NCBI GenBank assembly: GCA_014685065.1
Contig: GCA_014685065.1_4092.1
Reading direction: 5' to 3' (one strand)
DNA: 64,000 bases
Origin: a phage
Shown: piece by piece, positions 50,237 through 60,700 of the stretch
Position numbering within the stretch: the stretch's first letter is position 1
Layout: every line of letters starts with the position of its first letter
The notes under the pieces: generated by a model
What the model was told of the DNA's origin: nothing
What the model saw: only the letters and a program-made list of their open reading frames with translations
Databases searched by the model: none
Made by a program: the position numbers and the translations under genes

Positions 50237-50845
50237 ATGAAATTAGAAACAGAACAACCAAAACTATTTGTTAAAGGTCATGTCCTAATTACTGACGTTA
50301 CTGATCCATCAAATCAAAAAATCGTTTTAGATAAATCTAACGCTATTCACCCTGAAAATATGAGTACTGCCATTGCTAATGCGTTAGCATATAATCAAGA
50401 CAGTACTGGTATTCCTATTGGTTCTATTAGCGAGATGCGTTTTGGTAATGGTGGTACAGTAGTTTTAAGTACTGGGCGTGTTACTTATAAAAAACCACGT
50501 GTTACATCATTTGGTGGTTTGTATTCACAAACATATTTGAAAAAAATCAACCCAAGAATTACGGCTGGTATCGATTCACAATATAATAATATTACGACTG
50601 TTCATATTCCAGGACAATCCTATACTGACATCGTGTGTATTTGTACTTTAGGCTTAGGTGAACCATCAGATCAAGGTGTGAGTTCAGGGACAAGCATGGA
50701 CGGAACATATGTGTTTGATGAATTGGGATTATACACCGATGGTGATAGTGGTATTCCTTTAACACATATTATTTTCCACCCAGTTGAAAAAAGTGCAAAC
50801 CGTGTTTTGCAAATTAAATACACTGTGCGTGTACAACTACAATAA
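50237..50845 (+). CDS. hypothetical tail-associated protein
   Basis: ORF, AAGGA RBS. Confidence 0.45.
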   Translation: MKLETEQPKLFVKGHVLITDVTDPSNQKIVLDKSNAIHPENMSTAIANALAYNQDSTGIPIGSISEMRFGNGGTVVLSTGRVTYKKPRVTSFGGLYSQTYLKKINPRITAGIDSQYNNITTVHIPGQSYTDIVCICTLGLGEPSDQGVSSGTSMDGTYVFDELGLYTDGDSGIPLTHIIFHPVEKSANRVLQIKYTVRVQLQ

Positions 50846-50857
50846 TGGGGTCATATA

Positions 50858-51958
50858 ATGAGTGTTAACTATACAATTTATCGAAGTAATGGTAGTGTTT
50901 ATGCTACCATTCCAAATAACGTTATTTTAGGTCCAAATCAGCCAGGTAGTAACCCAGTTCCATTAAATTTAGTTGGTAGAAACAAAGTAAGTTATGGTCA
51001 AGCATGGAATGAAAACTTTTTACATTTAGTTGAAAACTTCAGTTCAGCTTCAGCACCACGTGGTAACGTAAATGGTCAACTTTGGTATCGAAATACTGGA
51101 AGTACTGGTGAGTTATTAATATCATTAGTGGATAATGCTAGACAACCAGCAGATATGGTAAGTGAAGCGGAATGGGCTTCTATTCCAATGATAACTGTAT
51201 TCAACACTGTACCAGATGGTGAAAACAGTGTTATGGGTCGTATGGTATTAACCAGCAATGGTGATTCACTTCGTGTTTTGATGAAAAACAAAGAATGGCG
51301 TGAAATTCAAACATCTCGACCAGAAAACAAAGAATATACATCATTATTAGATATTAACTATGATAATGGAAAAAAATACATAGAGTTTACACAAAGTAAC
51401 AGTACTAAACCAATTGCGTATTTTAACTTAGGTGGTACTTCACAAGTAGATACAAATAACTGGACAACATTAACTAATGGTACTGGTGTCTTTGAATTTG
51501 GTAGCAACTATTTCTATGAATTAAAAATTATGATTAGAGAAGTAAATGATTCTTCTGGTGAGATAGTTTCTCTTCCCTATAATTCAAAAACCTTTTTTAT
51601 AAAAGGGCAATTCTATGTAGATAATCAAGGAACTTTTGTTCCTGGTTCGGTTGGGGCAAGTCAAATGCCAGACCCACGTAGGATTACACAATTAGAATCC
51701 ATAAAAGATGTTATTACCAGTAGTCGCCCAAACTGGGACGTAAATATTGTTATTAATGGTGTAGATCCATCTATCCCAAATCCTAATGGAACATCTAAAG
51801 CTGATTATGAAAATTGGGTTATCAATTCTCTAAACTCAAATAAAAATTTAGGTTTTCGAGTTGATGGTAGCATTAGTAATCTAACTGCTGGTGAATCCGT
51901 TAAACTACAAGCATCCGTGTTGTTAAATATCACAGGTATTCCGATTATTGGAGTATAA
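50858..51958 (+). CDS. hypothetical tail/baseplate protein
   Basis: ORF 366 aa. Confidence 0.45.
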   Translation: MSVNYTIYRSNGSVYATIPNNVILGPNQPGSNPVPLNLVGRNKVSYGQAWNENFLHLVENFSSASAPRGNVNGQLWYRNTGSTGELLISLVDNARQPADMVSEAEWASIPMITVFNTVPDGENSVMGRMVLTSNGDSLRVLMKNKEWREIQTSRPENKEYTSLLDINYDNGKKYIEFTQSNSTKPIAYFNLGGTSQVDTNNWTTLTNGTGVFEFGSNYFYELKIMIREVNDSSGEIVSLPYNSKTFFIKGQFYVDNQGTFVPGSVGASQMPDPRRITQLESIKDVITSSRPNWDVNIVINGVDPSIPNPNGTSKADYENWVINSLNSNKNLGFRVDGSISNLTAGESVKLQASVLLNITGIPIIGV

Positions 51959-51961
51959 AAA

Positions 51962-51989
51962 AAGGAGCCACACGGCTCCTTTTTGTTTT
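51962..51989. terminator. bidirectional intrinsic terminator
   Basis: AGGAGCC acac GGCTCCT then TTTTTGTTTT; converging genes. Confidence 0.65.
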
Positions 51990-52452
51990 AATATCTATAT
52001 GGTAAACTGTTGACAAACTGTGTACCTTCACGTATACTTTCCCATAGTGAGTAAAAATCTTTCATTAAGTTTGTGTTAAGTAAAGTATTTTTAGCACCAG
52101 GGTGTAATGGTTTAGGCCAAGAACCAATTCTAACCCAAGCATAACCAGAGCTTTCATGATTTAAAGTTGGTACAAATTCATTCTCAACTACAATAACAAA
52201 TGAATAATATTTAAATTTACCATTTTTTGTACAAAATACATCAAACGGTATAATATCAATAATGTTAGGTATTGAGTTGCCCAACTCTTCTTTAATTTCT
52301 CTCATCAGACCTTGTAATGGTGTTTCGTTATGTTCAAGCTTTCCACCAACAAATGCCCAGTTGTTAGAATAGGTACTTCTTTCAGAACGCAAGTTTAACA
52401 TCATATGTCCAGTACTTTTTGATAAAAATATAGCACCAACCGCTTCATTCAT
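51988..52452 (-). CDS. NUDIX hydrolase
   Basis: NUDIX box GGKLEHNETPLQGLMREIKEELG; AAGGAGG RBS. Confidence 0.7.
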   Translation of the reverse strand: MNEAVGAIFLSKSTGHMMLNLRSERSTYSNNWAFVGGKLEHNETPLQGLMREIKEELGNSIPNIIDIIPFDVFCTKNGKFKYYSFVIVVENEFVPTLNHESSGYAWVRIGSWPKPLHPGAKNTLLNTNLMKDFYSLWESIREGTQFVNSLPYRY

Positions 52453-52465
52453 AACAACACCTCCT

Positions 52466-53809
52466 TTATTTGTCAGTGAAAGTTATTTTCCAATATCCCT
52501 GACGATACACAGGCATGATACTTTTATGCCATTTAAATTTGTCATTATATCTATAATAACCATTGTCTTCTTTATTATAAATGTAATTTCGTACAGTAGA
52601 TGGTTCAATTAATTGTGCACCATCATTTGTAATTTTAAACAAATAATTTGATGGGATTTCGGTTTCTTTATAAATGATGTTATGTATACTGTTATTTACA
52701 TAATATTGTTCAGGTAATGCATTTGAAAGTACTGAATCTTTCTGCACAAACCCATGTATAGTGTAATCAACAGTATAATTTGTATTATCAAGCTGTACTA
52801 TAATTTTGTTGGCATCTTCATTTTCACCATACGACGCTATATGACCTTTTAGTGGGTTGTCTTCTTCAATAGATTGTTGAAATTTAATCCCTACTTTTTT
52901 ATCATCAAAATTTGGTTCTAGATATTTAAGATATTTTTCCCATGAATATATTCCACCGTTGGGAGAAACCGCAGATAGCGATTGGCTAACCAAGGTAAGT
53001 TGGTATGTATCAGGTAAATTATACTTGGAATTAGTAATTTCTTCAACTTTAATACATAAGTTCTTTGGTGTAAAAACATCTGTTATTATATCTGAATAAT
53101 TTCCCATTTCAAAATCAAATTCGTCACGAGCACCTTTAATATTTGTAGTAATCTGTTGAATTAATTTTGGTTTTTCAACAATAGCTGGTAAAGAAAACCA
53201 TATTGTCGTTTCAAATGTTAAAACCATTATATCCAAATCTGGGTCAGTTCCTTGTGGAAAACCACGAGTAGAAAACTGACAATCTATTAGTTCAACATCA
53301 CTAAGCGATGTCCAATCTAACGGGTTATCAGATAATTGAAGTTGTATACTAGGTGCAAACAAAGTTGAGATTTGTTCGAATAATTCCATTTTAGTTTGAG
53401 TTTGAGTTACCCAAATATTCAAATCAAACGTAAAAGTCCAAGGTACTGGGTTATGTCTTACAATTTTGTATTGTGTGTCAAGATCTTTTGTGTACTCATT
53501 AATAGCAGGGGACTTGTTAGACCCCATTACTATAGTTTCGTTGGCATTAGAACGAATATTTTTACGATCCAACTTTAGTTGATTAACACTTATGGTCATT
53601 ATAGGTGCTGATGGGAGAACATTTTCACTATTCCCATTTATAATTGCTGCTGCCATTCTTGAAATATCGGCATAGCGACATGGAACCTTTTTGTATTTTG
53701 GGTTTCCATTAGCATCAACACCATTTTGTACTTGAAATTCACCAAAAACTCTGATAAGATGTTTCAGTACTCTGCGAAATTGACCGTCATAATAATAATC
53801 TATTTTCAT
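52466..53809 (-). CDS. hypothetical virion protein (baseplate candidate)
   Basis: ORF 447 aa, ATGA overlap with upstream gene. Confidence 0.45.
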   Translation of the reverse strand: MKIDYYYDGQFRRVLKHLIRVFGEFQVQNGVDANGNPKYKKVPCRYADISRMAAAIINGNSENVLPSAPIMTISVNQLKLDRKNIRSNANETIVMGSNKSPAINEYTKDLDTQYKIVRHNPVPWTFTFDLNIWVTQTQTKMELFEQISTLFAPSIQLQLSDNPLDWTSLSDVELIDCQFSTRGFPQGTDPDLDIMVLTFETTIWFSLPAIVEKPKLIQQITTNIKGARDEFDFEMGNYSDIITDVFTPKNLCIKVEEITNSKYNLPDTYQLTLVSQSLSAVSPNGGIYSWEKYLKYLEPNFDDKKVGIKFQQSIEEDNPLKGHIASYGENEDANKIIVQLDNTNYTVDYTIHGFVQKDSVLSNALPEQYYVNNSIHNIIYKETEIPSNYLFKITNDGAQLIEPSTVRNYIYNKEDNGYYRYNDKFKWHKSIMPVYRQGYWKITFTDK

Positions 53810-55299
53810 TCTGTGTCCTTATGTATGCGATAAACAGTATTAGGTTTAACTGCGTCATGTAATGGAACTTTGTTATCACTATTTACAAACTGTGTAAGTG
53901 CTAAGTCTGCACCTTCCCACGGTTTTCTTCCACCATAATCAAAAATAACCCATGAATTCTTAGTTGCATTGAATTCCCATAACGTAACTGGAGTATAATC
54001 GGTGCGATAGAAATAGTCACCATCTACTGCATCAGTTGGGAACATATTTCCTTCAGGGACTGTACCTCGTGCTGGTGGAATTTTAGGACGATAATCTTGT
54101 TGCGAATCAATATTACCATATACACAATTGGACGTGAATGGTTCATTGACATAAGTTACCTTTGGTTCCCCCCACTTGTCATCATTATACTGATAAATGT
54201 GTGGTTCTTTATAAAAAATACAAAAATCTTCCACATCTTCTGGTGGAACATCACTGGTAGTATATTCTACATCACAATTTAACCATTTTTTAGCACTTTT
54301 ATCATATTGATACAACGTATAACCTGTCACATCTGCGTCATTTTCTTTAAAGAAGAAGTCACCATCCATTGGTTTTCTGGGAAAGATGGTTCCACGCTTG
54401 ACTTCCACAGAAATCCATGTATCATTAACAAACTCTTTGAGTACTGGGTATGTTTTTTTCAAAAAATACATTCCATCGGCAGGTTCTTCTGGAAAATCAT
54501 AACCGTTAAGCATATATTTTGATAAATCTACTGTATCAGGTCGATCATCATACAAATGTTCATTTGTATAATGAATATAGGGTACTTCATCATCAGCTTG
54601 CATGATGATACGGTTCATGATATCCATTTCATTGCCATAGTTACTGTTTTCCGACGAACCATCATCGGTATTTCCATTACCATTATTAGGGTCATCTGGA
54701 TTATCAGGATAATTATTGTTACCGAGTAAATCGGAGTACTCAGGTGAGTCGGTTAGCGGTTTAACTCTAAGTTTATAAATGTGATGTTGCCACGTAACCG
54801 AGTATCCCTCAGATGTACGAAATGCATCTTGGACGACATAGAAGCGGTTTAGACCTGTATCTTTACCCAATACATCAAAATCACGTAAATTTGGTAGTTC
54901 TATCACATCCCCTGGCATGATTTTTCTACCTAAACGCTGCATCATTGTATTATAATGGATTGTGATGTCCATAGTGTTGAAATTAAAGAACAATCCTGGG
55001 ATTTTCAAGTCTGGAGTTGCTTCTTGAACTTGATAGACACAACTAAGTGTGATAGCTTCAAGGTTGTAGTTTCTGTTTGGTGTGTCACCAAAAATTAAAT
55101 CGCCAATACTTGACACAACTGATCCTGAAGATGTATAATCACCTCCATAGGATAAGTCAGTGTTGTCAGCAACTTGTTTTGGACCGACATATGCATAAAG
55201 CCACATGTCAACTCCACCAATGTTGTATTGTTCAGCAATGGCAGAATCAATGAACTTGTAATCATTGGTTCTCCCTTTTTTCCACATTCTATATGTCAT
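53806..55299 (-). CDS. hypothetical virion protein (baseplate candidate)
   Basis: ORF; ATG 55299 with GGAGA RBS preferred over TTG 55311. Confidence 0.45.
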   Translation of the reverse strand: MTYRMWKKGRTNDYKFIDSAIAEQYNIGGVDMWLYAYVGPKQVADNTDLSYGGDYTSSGSVVSSIGDLIFGDTPNRNYNLEAITLSCVYQVQEATPDLKIPGLFFNFNTMDITIHYNTMMQRLGRKIMPGDVIELPNLRDFDVLGKDTGLNRFYVVQDAFRTSEGYSVTWQHHIYKLRVKPLTDSPEYSDLLGNNNYPDNPDDPNNGNGNTDDGSSENSNYGNEMDIMNRIIMQADDEVPYIHYTNEHLYDDRPDTVDLSKYMLNGYDFPEEPADGMYFLKKTYPVLKEFVNDTWISVEVKRGTIFPRKPMDGDFFFKENDADVTGYTLYQYDKSAKKWLNCDVEYTTSDVPPEDVEDFCIFYKEPHIYQYNDDKWGEPKVTYVNEPFTSNCVYGNIDSQQDYRPKIPPARGTVPEGNMFPTDAVDGDYFYRTDYTPVTLWEFNATKNSWVIFDYGGRKPWEGADLALTQFVNSDNKVPLHDAVKPNTVYRIHKDTE

Positions 55300-55342
55300 G
55301 TTTGTCTCCAAAATAAATCGGGTATATCTTTATTTACCTTGT

Positions 55343-55370
55343 AGACAAACCGTAAGAATGTGATATAATG
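55343..55370 (+). promoter_or_regulatory. sigma70-type promoter TAGACA-N16-TGaTATAAT
   Basis: TATAAT 55365-55370 with TG extension. Confidence 0.55.
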
Positions 55371-55409
55371 TTTATTAATTAGAGTGACGTGAATCACATA
55401 GGAGAATAC

Positions 55410-57698
55410 ATGAATCTTACTCAATTGTTCAAAAAAAGCGACGAACTGGCAACATCTCTAGGTCATACATTCTTGACTATTGACCACGTAAGTGCCACAG
55501 TACTGACTATTGATAGCATCAAGAACGTATTTGAAGATATGAACATTGATGCAGACAAACTGCACAACCGCCTGATGAACTATCTTAAAAATACAACAGT
55601 TCCACATGCACCAAAAAGTGTTAAAGATGAAGACGCGAATCGCACTTCACTTCTAGTGAATCGCGTTGTACATGAGCTTTCTAAAAAATCAGTTATTGAA
55701 CAACTAAAAAGTGATGATTTTTCGATTGATGCATATTTTGTTCTATTCGAATGTCTGTCTTTCCCTAACACAGCACTAGAAGCTGCGTTGAAAGAAGAAG
55801 GTGTTAGCTGTACTGAAGCTGCACGTGCATTGCAAAAACACGTTGAGTCACTTGATAAGGGTATCAACTTACAAAGTATTAATGACGAACCGATTGGAGA
55901 TAAAAAAGTGGCCCAACAGCAGCAATCATCTAAACAAAAAGGTTTGGAAGACTATACAACGAATCTAACTGCTCTTGCAAAAGAAGGCAAACTAGATCCT
56001 ATGATTGGTCGCCAGAAAGAATTGTCTGCATTGATTGAGACTCTTGCTCGCAAAACCAAAAAGAATGCTATTCTTACTGGTGAAGCTGGTGTAGGTAAAA
56101 CACAAATCATCGACGGTCTTGCACAAGCTATTGCTGACGGCAACGTACCTGAACACCTGAAAGACGTTGAAATTCTTTCACTAAATGTTGGTGCATTGAC
56201 TGCTGGTACTAAGTATCGTGGTGAGTTTGAAGAACGCATCGACAATTTGCTAAAAGAACTAAAGAAACGTGAAAATACTATTGTTTTCATTGATGAAATT
56301 CATATTATGGTTGGGGCTGGTTCCGCAAGTAATGGTTCTATGGACATGAGCAATATGCTTAAGCCAGCACTTTCACGTGGTGAGATTCGTGTAATTGGTG
56401 CAACAACATATGATGAATATCGTAAAAATATCGAGAAAGATAGTGCATTAACTCGTCGTTTTATGAAAATTGATGTAGTTGAGCCGTCAATTGATGAAAC
56501 TCGTGCAATTGTTAATGGTTTGAAACCAACTTATGAAAAATTCCATAATGTTGAGTTCACAACTGATGCAATGGATGCTGTAATTTCTCTCAGTGATAAA
56601 TTCCTGAAGAATAAGCACTTCCCAGATAAAGCAATTGATCTAATGGACGCTGCTGCTGCAAAAGTTCGTTCACGTGACAACAATAGTAAGCTTATTACTG
56701 CCAATTTGATTCAAGAAGTTGTTGCTGGTATTGCCAATTTGGATATCAACGTGGTTGCATGTACTGAAAGTGATCGTATGCGTAATCTACCAGATGCACT
56801 ACGCTCACGTGTATACGGTCAAGAGGAAGCTATTCAAAAATTAGTTGATAACGTGATGGTAGCTCGTGCAGGACTGCGTGACAAATCTAGTGTTCAGGGT
56901 GCATTTATGTTTGTTGGACCATCTGGTACTGGTAAAACAGAAATTACCAAAGCATTAGCAGATGCAACTGGTGCGGAACTGATTCGCTTTGATATGTCAG
57001 AATTTTCTCAAGAACATACTGTTTCTAAACTAATTGGTTCACCTCCAGGTTATGTTGGTCATGATTCTGGTAACGGTTTACTGTTGGATAAAATTGAGCA
57101 GTTCCCTAATGCAGTACTGTTACTTGATGAAATTGAAAAAGCAGATCGTAAAGTACTACTAACCTTCCTACAGGTTTTGGATGAAGGTCGCCTGACTGGT
57201 TCACAAGGTAAAACTGTATATTTTAATAACGTAACTGTTATTATGACTACAAACCTTGGTGCGGCAGATTCAACGAAGCGTAGCATTGGTATGAGCGGTA
57301 GTGATACTGCACAAGACAAGGCAATTAAAGCATTCTTGCCACCAGAGTTTATTAACCGTATTGATAGTATCGTTACGTTTAAAGACCTAAGCAGTGAAGC
57401 TATTGACAGCATCATTGATAAGTTCATGGGCAGTTTGAATGAACAAGTCAAAGACCGCAATGTTAAAGTTACATTGACAAAAGCTGCACGTGAATGGCTT
57501 GCGAAAAATGGGGTAAAAGTTGGCATGGGTGCACGTCCAATGAAACGTACCATTGAACAAAACATTCGTGTACCACTAGCTAAAGAAATGTTGTGTGGTT
57601 CACTTGTGAATGGTGGTAACATTACATTTGATGTTATTGATGGTAAAATCGGTATTAAACCGAAACGTACCAAAGCTGTAGATAAAGCACTGGCATAA
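55410..57698 (+). CDS. clpA: ClpA-like two-ring AAA+ unfoldase (ClpA/B N-domain, D1, D2, no ClpB-type middle domain, IGM loop)
   Basis: two Walker A ([16 protein letters not shown]), Walker B ([15 protein letters not shown]), [22 protein letters not shown] tripeptide loop; near-colinear with E. coli ClpA from memory; AGGAG RBS. Confidence 0.85.
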   Translation: MNLTQLFKKSDELATSLGHTFLTIDHVSATVLTIDSIKNVFEDMNIDADKLHNRLMNYLKNTTVPHAPKSVKDEDANRTSLLVNRVVHELSKKSVIEQLKSDDFSIDAYFVLFECLSFPNTALEAALKEEGVSCTEAARALQKHVESLDKGINLQSINDEPIGDKKVAQQQQSSKQKGLEDYTTNLTALAKEGKLDPMIGRQKELSALIETLARKTKKNAILTGEAGVGKTQIIDGLAQAIADGNVPEHLKDVEILSLNVGALTAGTKYRGEFEERIDNLLKELKKRENTIVFIDEIHIMVGAGSASNGSMDMSNMLKPALSRGEIRVIGATTYDEYRKNIEKDSALTRRFMKIDVVEPSIDETRAIVNGLKPTYEKFHNVEFTTDAMDAVISLSDKFLKNKHFPDKAIDLMDAAAAKVRSRDNNSKLITANLIQEVVAGIANLDINVVACTESDRMRNLPDALRSRVYGQEEAIQKLVDNVMVARAGLRDKSSVQGAFMFVGPSGTGKTEITKALADATGAELIRFDMSEFSQEHTVSKLIGSPPGYVGHDSGNGLLLDKIEQFPNAVLLLDEIEKADRKVLLTFLQVLDEGRLTGSQGKTVYFNNVTVIMTTNLGAADSTKRSIGMSGSDTAQDKAIKAFLPPEFINRIDSIVTFKDLSSEAIDSIIDKFMGSLNEQVKDRNVKVTLTKAAREWLAKNGVKVGMGARPMKRTIEQNIRVPLAKEMLCGSLVNGGNITFDVIDGKIGIKPKRTKAVDKALA

Positions 57699-57708
57699 AA
57701 AAAGAAAA

Positions 57709-57733
57709 GGAGAGCAATATGCTCTCCTTTTTT
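57709..57733. terminator. bidirectional intrinsic terminator
   Basis: GGAGAGC aatat GCTCTCC then TTTTTT, A-run upstream. Confidence 0.7.
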
Positions 57734-57734
57734 A

Positions 57735-60700
57735 TTACTTAACTAATAATATATTTTTAATATCATTACCACTAACTTGTAGACTATCAGTGTATACTGA
57801 AAGATCTATAGTGTAACTATTTTGTGTGTAACGTTTTAACATATCATAATTACCTAAATTAATTCCATTGAATGAATATGTAGTATTAAGTTTAAAATCA
57901 TGTTCTGCACTATACATTACTCCACGGAGTAAATTATTTGCATTTCTAACTTCAACTTTTTCATATCCAATCGATATAATATCATTCATGTTCGCGGCAG
58001 AACCGGATAAAACATTATTTCTAATACTATAAGGACTTATTGATTTAGGTTGAGAAACATAGGTTGTATTTTCTTCACTAATGGTTGTGATGTTAGTAAC
58101 CGTGCCACCAACAACACCGATGTACATACCGTCAACCATTGGATATCCATAAACCCATATACCTTCATTATTTCTAAACGGTTGAATAACACTTGAATCA
58201 TATTCAATAACGTTGATTTCTAAACTATCAGTCATTTTAGTTCTTGCTAATTCACTAAGAACTCCCGCACCAGTAATTGGTAGGTTATAACCGTTGTCGA
58301 TAGTAATTCCATCAACATCAAATATTTCGTTAGAGATTATCCAAACGTCAACGTCATCTGGTGTTATTCCGTCATTGTACTTACCACCATTTAAAGTAGT
58401 ATCGTAGAAAACATCATAATTAATTACATCAATTGTGTAATTTCTATTTTGTTCGTACAATTTGATACCATTCTTCACAAATTCTGGGTCAGCAAATGTT
58501 CTAACACGAACAATGTTCAATGCAAGAGGCTGTACTGGCTCATTTTGTTGTGCAAGAGTGATATTATCATAACGGAGAACTGCACCAGTACTCTCATCAA
58601 TCAATTCAATCGTTTCTTTACCTGTATTTCTTACAGTGAATAGGATCGGAGTTGTATTGTTTTTGATGTTAGATACACGCAAGATTGTTTCCCATGTGTG
58701 ATTTTGATATCTCACGAAATCTTCACCATCAGGAGTGAAAATCATCACCTTATCACCATCAGATAGGTCATTGTCAACTATTTCTGCTTCAGTTAAGCTA
58801 TTAATAGATCTCACACGATAGAAATATTTTTCATCAAACTTCGATGTTGTTTTATTAATATCATTTTCAATCTTAGCATATGAAGGAATACTAACAATTG
58901 CTTCTGTATGTTTATATGGATTGATAATTGCCATACCTTCAGTTTGATATCTGCTGTTATCACGTAATTGTACAAGAGATACATTGTCAAACCCATATCC
59001 ATCAACTGTAAATCTAATTTGACCAACATCACGCCCAGAAGGGTTTATGTCAGATATATCCACAATATAAGGATCAACCTCATCATCTTTAACTTCCCAT
59101 TTTATTGAAGAAGTTTGAGATTCTAATGCTAGGTTATCAAATGCATTCATATCATTGAAGTACTTAGCTTCAGTAATACTATCAAGTATATATTGATAAT
59201 CTGAATACATTGGGTTATTTTGATCTAGTGGTAAATCATCTAGATTTATTTCAGCTAGTTCAATCATTTCACCATTTGTGATAAAATAATCTTCCATGAA
59301 ATCATCAATACTTTGTTCATCAGGTATACTTTGATATACACCGTTAACATTTAAGTAAACATATTTTCGTGGAATCATTGTAATTGCATAGATATCAATT
59401 GGGGTTTTACTAAGAATCTCTTCAGCTTTTTCGTACTTATCAGTAGCGTCTTTGTCGAATAACCCTCTCATACCTGCTAATACGTGAATAGCATCAGTAT
59501 AGAAACGGGTATCACCACCGACTTCATCATAACGATAAACATATACACCATACTCAACTTCAAGTTTAACTTTTACTTCATAGTCTGATGCGTCAGGATT
59601 TTTATCTTTAATTAATGAAATATATTTTTGATACAGTTCACTGCTTATTTCAAAATATCCATAGTTATAATCATTACTAGAAGAAAAGCCTAATGGAAGT
59701 CTAGTACTAGGATTGTCATTATAAGTAAGTCCACTAAATCCACAACCAACTTCATCGTGAATTTTCTCATCACTTATATCTTTATAAAGTTTCAAACGGT
59801 TTGCCAATGTGTTATACTGAACATATTGTCTAAGGTCAGTAAACATATCGTTCTGCGTTGATTCTTTATAAACACGCTCCAATGTAGCAGTAAATTCATC
59901 TGTTGCTTCTAAATCTTCCGCATGGTCTTTATACCACTGGTTAACACCATATGCTGTTCCTAATGTTACATCCAATTCTGGATAGTAGATTTGCATTTGA
60001 TAAGCAATAAGAAGATCGAAAGTTTCTTCACTATATTCTGGGAAAGAATATATATAACGTTGTAATTCATAGTTACTAACAGCATCCTTTTCATTGGATT
60101 GATATTTGTTATTAACACTTACTAATTCATTTATGCTTGCCAAATCTGCATTTGGTTTACATTGAATGTTATCGTAATGCATAATAATATCAATTTCTTG
60201 GAATCTTCTATTTGGTGTAATGAAATCACTTGGTAGTGAACCTACCTGTTCCCATTTTTGGGTAATTTCATTAAATTGAGCGTACTCATAATCCCAAATA
60301 TCTTTTTCAGTTTTGACCCAAGAACCGTCAACGAAAATATATCCATTAGGATCTAAATCATTACACAGACCTTTTATTAAATCATCATCAGATGTCTTTT
60401 GCTCTATTTGTGAACGAATTTTAGTTCTATAAGGTTTAACTTCTTCAAAATATTCAACAATTTGATTAATCAAATTATCGTTTGAATAGTTTTGAACTAA
60501 TGATTGTTCCAAACCAACAATATAGATATATGATGTTTTAAATACCCAATCCACAACACTTTGTTCAACATGTACATATTTGACCATATCAAAAACAATT
60601 TCGCTTTGATGTAAATCGAAAGAATTTTTGAGTAAAGCTAGTGCTTTACGAACGTTGATTTCACGATTGCTTAGTGAACCATTATCATTATGAACACTAT

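Noticed and set aside
55580-57673. Minus-strand ORFs of 95-204 aa inside the clpA-like gene
   Set aside because: Antisense to a gene with strong conserved motifs; no RBS.
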